Assembly: GCA_963850305.1 (NCBI GenBank)
Contig: CAWKKR010000004.1
Coordinates: 256,001 to 320,000 of the forward strand
Reading direction: 5' to 3'
Origin: an uncultured delta proteobacterium
GTDB lineage: Bacteria > Myxococcota_A > Polyangia > Polyangiales > Polyangiaceae
DNA: 64,000 nucleotides
Made by a program: the position numbers and the translations under genes. This document shows, in pieces, positions 19,449 through 28,381 of this stretch (within the stretch, counting starts at the first letter, position 1; each line of letters starts with the position of its first letter). The notes below the pieces were generated by a model. It was not told where the DNA came from. It saw only the letters and a list, made by a program, of their open reading frames with translations, and searched no databases.

Positions 19449-21079
19449 CGGAGTCCGCTGCTCCGCGTCGAGAGGCTCACGAAGCATTTTCCGGTGACTC
19501 GCGGCATCCTCGGTCGAGTCGTGGGACAGGTGCAAGCCGTCGACGATGTATCTTTCGACATTGCACCAGGCGAAACGCTGGGACTGGTAGGCGAATCTGG
19601 GTGCGGCAAGACGACGGTCGGGCGCTCCGTACTCCAGCTCGTTCGCCCGACGTCCGGCCGCGTGCTCTTCGAAGGAAGGGACGTATCACGACTTTCCCCC
19701 AAGGAACTGCGCGGCCTCCGGCGAGAGCTCCAGGTCATCTTTCAAGACCCATTCAGCTCACTGAACCCACGGATGCGCGTGGTGGACCTGATCGGCGAAG
19801 CACTGGAGATCCACGGCACCTGGCAAGGGGCCAGGAGATGGAACGGCGCGTCCAGGAGCTCCTCCGGCGTGTTGGGCTTTCGCCCGGCTGGCTCAACCGA
19901 TACCCGCATGAGTTTTCCGGCGGCCAGCGACAGCGAATCGGCGTGGCGCGCGCGATCGCCCTCGCAGCCGAAGCTCATCGTCTGCGACGAGGCGGTGTCC
20001 GCTCTCGACGTTTCGATCCAGGCACAGGTCATCAATCTGCTCATCGAGCTGCGGCGCGAGATGAACCTTTCGTACCTGTTCATCGCGCACGATCTCTCGG
20101 TCGTCCGGCATGTATCGCACCGCGTCGCCGTGATGTATCTCGGGCAGCTGGTCGAGCTCGCGCCGGCAAAACGTCTCTTCGACGCGCCCGCGCATCCGTA
20201 CACCCGCGCGTTGCTCTCGGCGATCCCGTTCCCATCCCGGGACGAGAACGGCGCCGGATCGTGCTCCAGGGGGATGTGCCAACGCCGCTCGATCCTCCGC
20301 ACGGGTGTCGCTTCCACACGCGGTGTCCGGCGGTGCGCGATCAATGCCGCGCCGAAGAGCCGCGGACCGTGCAGGTCGAGCCAGGACATGGGGTGAAGTG
20401 CATCCACGCGGACGGGCTCGCCGGGGCATCCGATTGGTTCGACCAGATGAGTGGACGGATCGATCGAGCCACTGCCGACAACGGCATTGAACGAGCGATT
20501 TGTTCGACGCCGGCCGACGAGCCCGTCCAGGGCAGAATGGAGGTCGATTCCCTCGAAAGGCCGGACGAGTCGGCGGGGCCCGACGAGGAGGACGCGCCCC
20601 TGGATCTCAGGGGGCTCGGGTTCCTGTTACTCGGGATTGGAGCCCTGGCGACGCTTTATGGATGGGCGCTCGGAACCCTGCTCGCCGCGGGCGGCTATTT
20701 CGCGCTCGTACGACCGCGTCTGGTTCTCCGTGCCCGGACCGACGTCGCACTTGCGGTGGCGTTCGTGGGATGCCTGGCGATCGGCAATGTCGAAGCACGG
20801 GCAAGAAAGCGGTCGCTGGCCGAGTGGCAGTTTGCACGGCTATCGGCTGAAATCGCCGCACGAAGACGGCTCACTGGCGAACTTCCATCGGAACTCGGGG
20901 AGCTCGGATGGCGGCTCTATCCAATTTTCGAAGGCGGCAGACCGGTCGATCCGTGGGGTCGACCTTGGCGCTATCGAAGCCACGCGGCGACGGGGAGCGA
21001 CGGGCGGTCGTTCGACCTCGGCAGCACGGGCCCCGACGGCGTGCCAAGCGGCGATGACGTTGGGCGTGTTCCCCGCTGA
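19445..21079 (+). CDS. Peptide ABC ATP-binding protein (DppF/OppF type) with C-terminal TM and GspG-like extension; indels near 19454, 19818, 19964, 20226
   Basis: [46 protein letters not shown] assembled across two frames; the last frame continues through hydrophobic helices to [11 protein letters not shown]...[16 protein letters not shown]. Confidence 0.8.
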   Translation: MTESAAPRREAHEAFSGDSRHPRSSRGTGASRRRCIFRHCTRRNAGTGRRIWVRQDDGRALRTPARSPDVRPRALRRKGRITTFPQGTARPPARAPGHLSRPIQLTEPTDARGGPDRRSTGDPRHLARGQEMERRVQELLRRVGLSPGWLNRYPHEFSGGQRQRIGVARAIALAAEAHRLRRGGVRSRRFDPGTGHQSAHRAAARDEPFVPVHRARSLGRPACIAPRRRDVSRAAGRARAGKTSLRRARASVHPRVALGDPVPIPGRERRRIVLQGDVPTPLDPPHGCRFHTRCPAVRDQCRAEEPRTVQVEPGHGVKCIHADGLAGASDWFDQMSGRIDRATADNGIERAICSTPADEPVQGRMEVDSLERPDESAGPDEEDAPLDLRGLGFLLLGIGALATLYGWALGTLLAAGGYFALVRPRLVLRARTDVALAVAFVGCLAIGNVEARARKRSLAEWQFARLSAEIAARRRLTGELPSELGELGWRLYPIFEGGRPVDPWGRPWRYRSHAATGSDGRSFDLGSTGPDGVPSGDDVGRVPR

Positions 21080-21101
21080 CCTCCCCGGCTATCATGCCGT
21101 G

Positions 21102-21587
21102 ATGCATCGCCTCGTCCCAGTGGTGATCCTCGCGCTTTCGTCGGGGTGCAGCAGTTCCCCTCATGGTCGACAGAGCGGCGATGCAGGCCCGAGCGTTGCT
21201 ACCGAAGGGGACGCTTCTTCGCTCGGCACCGCCGGAACGCCAGGCACCGACTCGGGGAGATTACCGTGTCCATTCTCCAATTTTAGCAGCGCACCGCTGC
21301 CGTGCTTGCAGGACTGGGCCCACACGTCATCGACCAATCCCCGCGGATGCAGCCTGCGGATTGGAGCATACCGCGCGAACTGCGCCCCCTACGACACGCT
21401 AATTTCCAATGATCCGAGCTCCGAGAGTTGGTGCTTCTACTCGCGCACGACCGGCGATCTCATCGGCTGGAAGACCACGGTCGGCTCATCCCTGACTTGC
21501 GGCTCCTTCGATTTCGATTTCGCGTTGCCAGATACGACCTCGTGCACCCCTGCGAGCGGCGTTGCGTGCTCGGACGGCGGCTCGTAG
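21102..21587 (+). CDS. Small Cys-containing lipoprotein, hypothetical
   Basis: MHRLVPVVILALSSGC lipobox-like signal; 8 further Cys. Confidence 0.7.
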   Translation: MHRLVPVVILALSSGCSSSPHGRQSGDAGPSVATEGDASSLGTAGTPGTDSGRLPCPFSNFSSAPLPCLQDWAHTSSTNPRGCSLRIGAYRANCAPYDTLISNDPSSESWCFYSRTTGDLIGWKTTVGSSLTCGSFDFDFALPDTTSCTPASGVACSDGGS

Positions 21588-21609
21588 CACTGCGATTAGA
21601 GACTCGAGC

Positions 21610-21675
21610 TTCGCCGGGGGCCAAAGACTACAAGAGCAATCCTGGCCCCAAGGTCGCCCAGGGCGACCCCGCGAA
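21610..21675. terminator. Double GC-rich hairpin between convergent genes
   Basis: GGGGCCA(21617)...TGGCCCC and GGTCGCCC-A-GGGCGACC(21652-21668), enclosed by TTCGC/GCGAA; no U-tract. Confidence 0.35.
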
Positions 21676-21677
21676 CG

Positions 21678-22196
21678 CTAGCTGGCGACGTCGATGCCGA
21701 GGTACGGAACCCATTCGGCCGGAGCGCCGTATTCCGCAGCGAGCGTCTTCCCGAGTGGCAGGGCCTTGGGGTGGTAGGGCTCGCGTCGGGGAAACATCCC
21801 CGCTTGATCGCACGTACGATGGCCCTTGCGCGCATTGCACGGTCGGCACGCCGTCACGATGTTGGTGAACGTTTTCCGTCCGCCGCGCGAGCGCGGTATG
21901 ACGTGGTCGAAAGTGAGATCCTTTTCAGCCAGGGTCCGGTCACAGTACTGGCAGGTGAAGCGATCACGCAGGTACACGTTGGTGCGCGAGAACTTGACGC
22001 CAAGCGCACGAGTCGGAACAACGCGCCTCTGGCGCACCACCGCCGGAAGCTTCCACGTGATCGACGGCGAACGGATCTCCTCGTCGTACTCGGCCAGCAC
22101 GTCGACATTGTCCAGGTACACGAGCTTGATGGCGTCCTGCCAACCGAGGACGCGCATGGGCAAATACCAGGCAGAGAGTAGGAGCGTCCTCTTCAT
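21678..22196 (-). CDS. HNH endonuclease (McrA/HNH_5 type)
   Basis: RTNVYLRDRFTCQYC, TFDHVIPRSRGG, NIVTACRPCNARKG. Confidence 0.94.
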   Translation of the reverse strand: MKRTLLLSAWYLPMRVLGWQDAIKLVYLDNVDVLAEYDEEIRSPSITWKLPAVVRQRRVVPTRALGVKFSRTNVYLRDRFTCQYCDRTLAEKDLTFDHVIPRSRGGRKTFTNIVTACRPCNARKGHRTCDQAGMFPRREPYHPKALPLGKTLAAEYGAPAEWVPYLGIDVAS

Positions 22197-22298
22197 ACGG
22201 CGCTTAGCCTTGGCTCACCCGCTCATTCAGTCAAGAAGGTAAAGTGACCCCTGGATCCCCGGCATCATCGTCGTTCGGGGGTCCCACGTCTAGCCCTC

Positions 22299-24326
22299 AT
22301 GGACAGAACGCTCCTCGGGATCGTGGTCGCATTCAGCGCGGCACTCGGGCTCGTTGGACTGACCTTTTCGCGTTCGTCGGAGGGACGTGCGGATTTTCGG
22401 TTCGTGAACGGGACCGAGCCCAAAACCCTCGATCCTCAGCTCATTACCGGGCAACCCGAGGCGCGAATCGCGCAGGAAATTTTCGAAGGCCTCACACGGC
22501 TCGATGCGAAAACGCTGCGCCCAGTGCAAGGGGTAGCCACATCCTGGGACGTATCCACGGACGGTCTTCGTTTTACCTTTCACCTGAGGCCCGACGCGCG
22601 CTGGACGGATGGCCGCACCGTGACCGCAGCGGACTTCGTCTACGCCTGGAAGCGCCTCCTCGACCCGACGACGGCGGCGGAATACGCATATATATTGTTT
22701 CCGATCCGCTACGCGGAAGCCTTGAACACGGCCGACGGCTATGCAGATGCCCTGTCGGGCCCGGTCATGAGCGCGCTCGGGCAACTGAAGCGCGAACACG
22801 CGAACGGGCTGAGCGGTCGAGAGTGGCAGGTCTTCGTGTCGAAGAATCACCTGAACGAGCCGCTTCGGAACGAACACGACCCGCGGTTGGATGAACTTCT
22901 GTCACGACGAACTCGCCCGGTCACTGCGGTGGATCTCGAGTGGCTTCGAGGAATCGTCGGCGCCGTCGCCGTGCGACAGCGTGCTGCGGCCGCCGATGCT
23001 CGCGTGCACTTCGGGAAGGACGGTGGGGTGTTCGCCCCCGATGCGAGGACGCTGGTGGTCGAACTGCGCGCAGCGACGCCATACTTCCTGCAACTCACGT
23101 CGTTCTTCTCCACCCTGCCCGTGCCGAGCTGGGTCGTCGAAGCTAGGGGACGACGCGACGATTGGTTCCTGCCGGAGCACATCGTCACGAACGGTCCATT
23201 CCGCCTGTCGAGATGGCTCTTGAACGATCACATACGGCTCGTCCGGAACGACTCTTATTGGGGACGCGCGGAGGTCAAGCTCCGGAGTATCGACGCCCTC
23301 GCGACGGAGAGCGACACGACCGCACTGAATCTCTATCTGACGCACGAAGTGGACTGGCTGCCGTCATCCTACCCACTCGATCTGGTGGACGAGCTTCGGC
23401 GGCGCCCCGACTTCTATGCAAACCCTGGGCTCATGGTTTACTTCTACCGATTCAACACCACAGCCCCGCCCTTCGACGATCGCCGGGTGCGTGAAGCGTT
23501 GAACCTCGCGGTGGACAGAAAGCTCATCGTGGAGCAGGTGCTCGGCCTCGGGCAGATCCCGGCTGAGACGTTCGTCCCGCCCGGAATGCCCGGTTATGTC
23601 GCGCCCGATAGCGACATCCGGTTCGACCTGGCTCGCGCGAGAAAGCTGTTGTCCGACGCCGGATATCCCGACGGCATCGGCTTCCCCGAAGTCGGGATCC
23701 TGTACAACACGAGTCAGAGCCACAAGAAGGTCGCTGAAGTCATCGCGGATCAACTACGACGAAATCTCGGGATCCGGGTCAACGCCTACAATCAGGAGTG
23801 GCAATCGTTTCTCGACACGGTTCGGACTCGCGATTACGCGATCGCGAGGGGCGGCTGGATCGGCGACTATGCAGATCCGAACACGTTCCTCGACATGTGG
23901 GTCACGAACGGCGGCAACAACGAGACCGGCTTCAGCTCCCCGCTGTACGATTCCCTGATCGCGGCGGCCGCCGACGTGGGCGCTTTCGCGAGCGCTCCCG
24001 ACGCGCTCCTGACACGCATGAAGCGTCCGGACGACGTCCGCGCGGCGTTGCACGACGCCGGTGAAGCGACGAGCGGCTCGCAAAAGCGTGACGCGCTGGC
24101 ACACGTGCGCATGCTGCTGTTCCGCGAAGCAGAATCGATTCTCGTCCAGGACGAGTTCCCCATCTTGCCCCTCTACTTTTACGTCGCGAGTGGGCTGGTA
24201 TCGCCGAAAGTTCGGGGCTTTTACTCCACGCTCCTGTTCGAGGACGGGAAAAGCGCGCCCAATCTCCAGGACCTCCACCCGCTGCGCGACGTCGCGATCG
24301 CCGGAGGAGCGGCAGGGAATCCATGA
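22299..24326 (+). CDS. oppA: Oligopeptide ABC transporter substrate-binding protein (OppA type) with insertions
   Basis: NGTEPKTLDP, FEGL, RPDARWTDG.TVTAADF, VTNGPF, PFDDRRVREAL, GGWIGDYADP. Confidence 0.9.
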   Translation: MDRTLLGIVVAFSAALGLVGLTFSRSSEGRADFRFVNGTEPKTLDPQLITGQPEARIAQEIFEGLTRLDAKTLRPVQGVATSWDVSTDGLRFTFHLRPDARWTDGRTVTAADFVYAWKRLLDPTTAAEYAYILFPIRYAEALNTADGYADALSGPVMSALGQLKREHANGLSGREWQVFVSKNHLNEPLRNEHDPRLDELLSRRTRPVTAVDLEWLRGIVGAVAVRQRAAAADARVHFGKDGGVFAPDARTLVVELRAATPYFLQLTSFFSTLPVPSWVVEARGRRDDWFLPEHIVTNGPFRLSRWLLNDHIRLVRNDSYWGRAEVKLRSIDALATESDTTALNLYLTHEVDWLPSSYPLDLVDELRRRPDFYANPGLMVYFYRFNTTAPPFDDRRVREALNLAVDRKLIVEQVLGLGQIPAETFVPPGMPGYVAPDSDIRFDLARARKLLSDAGYPDGIGFPEVGILYNTSQSHKKVAEVIADQLRRNLGIRVNAYNQEWQSFLDTVRTRDYAIARGGWIGDYADPNTFLDMWVTNGGNNETGFSSPLYDSLIAAAADVGAFASAPDALLTRMKRPDDVRAALHDAGEATSGSQKRDALAHVRMLLFREAESILVQDEFPILPLYFYVASGLVSPKVRGFYSTLLFEDGKSAPNLQDLHPLRDVAIAGGAAGNP

Positions 24327-25514
24327 CCGGAGCGCGCATCGCCATCGCGGGGACCGGGAGCGCCTTTGCGCTGCTGGTCGCTTGCGCTGCCCTGGGCCCT
24401 TCCCAGGGGCTCGCGCTGGCGGCGGGCATCGGGGCCGTCTCGTCGACCGCATGGCTCGGCCCACGCTCGGCGCGCGTCGTCGGCGGCATCTGCGGCGCCC
24501 TGGTGATCTTTGCACTCGGGCGCGCGGCGTTCGGCTCCGTGATCGGAGCCGTGCTCTCGCTCACCCTCGGCGCGGTGGCATGGCAGAAACTCCCCGTGCG
24601 TGTCCTCCGGCGGATCGCGTTTCTCCTTCCCTCGCTGGTGCTCCTCGTATTCACCACGACGCTGCTGATGTACCGGGCCCCCGGCAGCCCATTTTCCGCA
24701 GGAGCGGGTCGCGAGCCCGCAGGTGGAAGCCGCGCTCCGTGCACACTATGGCGTTCCGAAGAATGCGAACGAGTTCTTCGCGATCTACATGCGGCGGCTG
24801 ATCGTCGACGGTACGCTGGGACCGAGCCTCAAGGTTCAAGGACGCAGCGTCGAGCAGCTGCTTCTGCCTGCGTTGCCGATCAGCATCACGCTAGGATTGC
24901 TCGCGCTCGTCATCGCCACGGCGTCGGGCCTCACGCTCGGTGTCATCGCGGGGCTTCGCCCAAACTCGGCCATCGACCACGGCAGCATGGCACTTTCGAT
25001 GCTGGGCATTTCATTGCCGAATTTCGTGATCGGCGCTGCGCTGATGATCGTGTTCGCCCTCGAACTCGGATGGCTGCCCGTCGCTGGTTGGGGGGACTAC
25101 CGGCATCTCGTCATGCCCGCGATTACCTTAGCATTGCCGTACTCGGCGTACATCGCGCGTCTGGCGCGCAGCGGAACCATGGAGGTGATGCAGCAGGACT
25201 TCATCCGGACCGCGCGCGCCAAGGGTGTAGGCGAGCGCGACGTCGTCCTGAGGCACGCGCTGCGTGGCGCAATTCTCCCGGTCGTGTCCTTTCTCGGCCC
25301 GGCCGCTGCCGGGATCCTGACGGGCTCCTTCGTCGTGGAGACTCTCTTCGGGATTCCGGGAGTCGGACAGTGGTTCGTGAAGGGGGCCATCAATCGCGAC
25401 TACTCCGTGGTCCTGGGCACGGCGATTCTCTATGCGAGCCTCGTTACCGGATTCAACTTGGCGGTCGATCTTGCGTACGCGTGGCTCGATCCTCGCGTGA
25501 GAGGCCAACTGTGA
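24323..25514 (+). CDS. oppB: Oligopeptide ABC permease (OppB type) with extra N-terminal hydrophobic region; frameshift near 24698
   Basis: LRRIAFLLPSL...APGSPF, then LGPSLK...QDFIRTARAKG...HALRGA...AWLDPRVR in the next frame. Confidence 0.86.
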
Positions 25515-26374
25515 GCCCCGGGCGCAGCCCGTGGGAGGGGGCGCGCGCTCGCCTGTTCAGGAACAGGCTTGCATTCTCGGGCGCGCTGGCCGTCACGGTC
25601 ATCGCTGTCGCGTGCTTCACGCTCCCGCGACTCATGGGGCTCGACCCGAACACGACGCATCCGGCGGCGAAACACCTCCCGCCCTCCGCTGTGCACGTGC
25701 TCGGGACGGACTCGCTCGGGCGCGACTACCTCGCCCGCGTGCTCATGGGCGGCCAGACGTCGCTCCTCATAGGGTTCACCGCGGCGGTCGCCTCGGGGTT
25801 CATCGGGGTCCTGTACGGTTCTGTATCTGGCTACTACGGTGGTCGGATAGACGACATCATGATGCGCATCGTGGATTTCCTCTACGGCATCCCGTACATG
25901 TTCCTCGTCATCTTGATCATGCTCCTGTTCTCGGAGACGGCGCGAGGCAATCCGATTCCCGTCTTCCTCGCCCTCGGGCTCGTCGAGTGGCTGACGATGG
26001 CGCGCGTGGTGCGCGGGCAGGTGCTCACCCTCCGAGATCGGGAGTTCGTGCTCGCGTCGCGACTCCTGGGCGCGAGCGACGGACGCGTGATCGTGCGTCA
26101 CCTCTTCCCCAACATCGCTGGCGTCGTGATCGTCTACGGGACCCTGACGATCCCGTCGGTCATCATTCTCGAATCATTTCTGTCGTTTCTCGGGCTCGGC
26201 TTGAAGCTGTCGTGGGGACAGCTCGTCGCCGAGGCAGTCGGGGTCGTGAACCCGATAAGATCGTACTGGTGGCTGCTCGTCTTTCCGAGCGCCCTCCTCG
26301 CGACGACTCTGTTCAGTCTGAACTTCCTGGGAGACGGCCTGCGGGACGCCGTGGATCCGAAGGCGCGCAGATGA
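25511..26374 (+). CDS. oppC: Oligopeptide ABC permease (OppC type)
   Basis: GTGA overlap; HVLGTDSLGRD, EFVLASRLLGA, HLFPN, GDGLRDAVDPK. Confidence 0.92.
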   Translation: MSPGRSPWEGARARLFRNRLAFSGALAVTVIAVACFTLPRLMGLDPNTTHPAAKHLPPSAVHVLGTDSLGRDYLARVLMGGQTSLLIGFTAAVASGFIGVLYGSVSGYYGGRIDDIMMRIVDFLYGIPYMFLVILIMLLFSETARGNPIPVFLALGLVEWLTMARVVRGQVLTLRDREFVLASRLLGASDGRVIVRHLFPNIAGVVIVYGTLTIPSVIILESFLSFLGLGLKLSWGQLVAEAVGVVNPIRSYWWLLVFPSALLATTLFSLNFLGDGLRDAVDPKARR

Positions 26375-27367
26375 CCGGTCCCGGAACGCGCCCGCTGCTC
26401 GACGTTCAGAATCTCCACACGGAGTTCGAAAGCGATGGGGGGGCCGTCCGTGCGGTCGACGGACTCTCGTTCTCGCTTGCGAGGGGAGGAGATCCTGGGC
26501 ATCGTCGGCGAATCCGGCTGCGGGAAGAGCGCCGCGAGCCTCTCGCTTTTGCGGCTCCTGTCGCCAGGAGGGCGGATCCGGGGCGGTCGCGTGCTCTTCG
26601 ACGGAGTCGACCTGACGACGCTCTCGGACGAAGAAATGCGGCGCGTCCGCGGCCGTCGCATCGCGATGATCTTTCAGGATCCGATGACGTCCCTGAACCC
26701 GTACATGCGCGTCGAAGAACAGCTGGCGGAGGGCCCCATTCTCCACCTCGGTCTCTCCAGAAAGGCGGCGGTCGCTCGAGCCGTCGCACTCCTCGATCGG
26801 GTCGGGATTCCGGACGCACGCGCGCGCGCGCGCGGATACCCGCACGAGCTTTCGGGCGGAATGCGCCAGAGGGTGATGATCGCGATGGCGCTCCTGTGCG
26901 ATCCGGAGCTTCTGATCGCCGATGAACCGACCACGGCGCTCGACGTGACGATCCAGGCGGAGATTCTGGACTTGCTCCGGGAACTCGCCCGCGAGCGGGG
27001 ACTGGCGGTCATCCTGATCACCCACGACCTCGGAGTCGTCTGGGGGCTCGCCGACCACTTGCTCGTCATGTATGCAGGTCGCGTCGTCGAATACGGACCA
27101 GCGGCACGTGTCCTCGAGCGCCCGCTACATCCGTACACGCTCGCGCTCCTGTCGAGCATCCCGAGGGTCGACCGGGCGGGAGGAGGCCGGCTCGAGAGCA
27201 TCTCCGGAATGCCGCCGCGACTGGGTGCACGCCCGCTCGAGGAGTGCGCCTTCGCACCGCGTTGCCGATTCGTCCGTGACGCCTGTCGAGCCAAAGAACC
27301 CGACCTGATCCCGTCTGGGCTGCACCGCGCGCGACGCTGCATCCTCCCTGAAGAGGAGTTGCCATGA
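26371..27367 (+). CDS. oppD: Oligopeptide ABC ATP-binding protein (OppD type); frameshift near 26487
   Basis: PLLDVQNL...VRAVDG, then [28 protein letters not shown]. Confidence 0.9.
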
Positions 27368-28350
27368 GCGATGCTCTCCTTCTGGAACTGGCCGATGTCT
27401 CCGTTCTTTACGCTGCGGAACCCCATCCCATACGAGCAGTAGACCGCGTGAGCTTGCGGGTCGCGCCGGGAGAGACACTCGCTCTGGTCGGCGAATCGGG
27501 TTGCGGCAAATCCACCGTGGCCCGAGCGGTGATGGGTCTCGTCCGTCCGACGTCGGGGTCCATTCGTTACCGAGGCCACCCCTTGTCGCCACTCGGCGAT
27601 CGGGCGAGGCGAAGGTTCCTGACGAAGATTCAGATGATCTTCCAGGATCCGGATGCGAGTCTGAATCCGCGATTCACGATCGGGAGCTCGATTGCAGAGC
27701 CCATCGAAATCAACGGCCCCCGTCTTGCGCGTGCGGAGATGAGTGACCGAATCTCGTCGTTGATGAACAGCGTCGGCCTGCATCCGGAGCTCGGCAGTCG
27801 CTATCCGCACGAGCTGTCCGGAGGCCAGCGGCAGCGGGTATGCATCGCGCGGGCACTCGCCGTGAGACCGGAACTGCTGGTCTGCGACGAAGCCGTGTCG
27901 GCGCTCGACGTGTCGGTCCAGGCGCAGATCTTGAACCTTCTGGTGGAGCTGCGCGAGACGTTTGGGCTCTCGTACCTTTTCATCACCCACGATCTGAGGG
28001 TCGTCCGGCATCTGTCCAATCGAGTGGCCGTTATGTATCTCGGGCAGCTCGTCGAAGTGGGCTCGACGGAAGGCGTCTTCGAGCGCCCTGCTCACCCCTA
28101 CACGCGGGGACTGCTCTCCGCCGTGCCGTCCCTCCGGGCGAGGCCCGGGGCGAGAGCCTCGCTGCGCGTCCGCGGAGACGTCCCTTCGCCGGCAGATCCG
28201 CCGACGGGGTGCCATTTTCACACTCGCTGCCCGCACGCCTTCGACCGCTGCTTTCGGGAGGAGCCACACTTCTACCAGCTGGGAGGCGGAGCCTCGAGCC
28301 GCTGCTTCTTGAACGAGACGGCAGATCGCAACCCGATCCCTGGACGGTGA
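27364..28350 (+). CDS. oppF: Oligopeptide ABC ATP-binding protein (OppF type)
   Basis: [42 protein letters not shown]. Confidence 0.94.
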   Translation: MSDALLLELADVSVLYAAEPHPIRAVDRVSLRVAPGETLALVGESGCGKSTVARAVMGLVRPTSGSIRYRGHPLSPLGDRARRRFLTKIQMIFQDPDASLNPRFTIGSSIAEPIEINGPRLARAEMSDRISSLMNSVGLHPELGSRYPHELSGGQRQRVCIARALAVRPELLVCDEAVSALDVSVQAQILNLLVELRETFGLSYLFITHDLRVVRHLSNRVAVMYLGQLVEVGSTEGVFERPAHPYTRGLLSAVPSLRARPGARASLRVRGDVPSPADPPTGCHFHTRCPHAFDRCFREEPHFYQLGGGASSRCFLNETADRNPIPGR

Positions 28351-28381
28351 CCCGCTTGACAGGCTAAATTCTCTGATTTCA

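Noticed and set aside
20451..21101. N-terminal extension of the 21102 lipoprotein (378-aa ORF)
   Set aside because: It overlaps the ATPase/GspG frame and has no protein-like features; the signal peptide starts at ATG 21102
24323..26374. 683-aa fused OppB-OppC ORF
   Set aside because: Same artefact: frameshift near 24698, with OppB ending at 25514 and OppC starting at 25511
16685..26487. Programmed frameshifting or true pseudogenisation of the ABC operons
   Set aside because: No slippery heptamers at the lesions, all motifs intact and no accumulated stops; sequencing error is more likely, though not provable here
28356..28381. TTGACA promoter directly before the pseudokinase
   Set aside because: The -10 position would fall on the start codon, so the spacing does not fit
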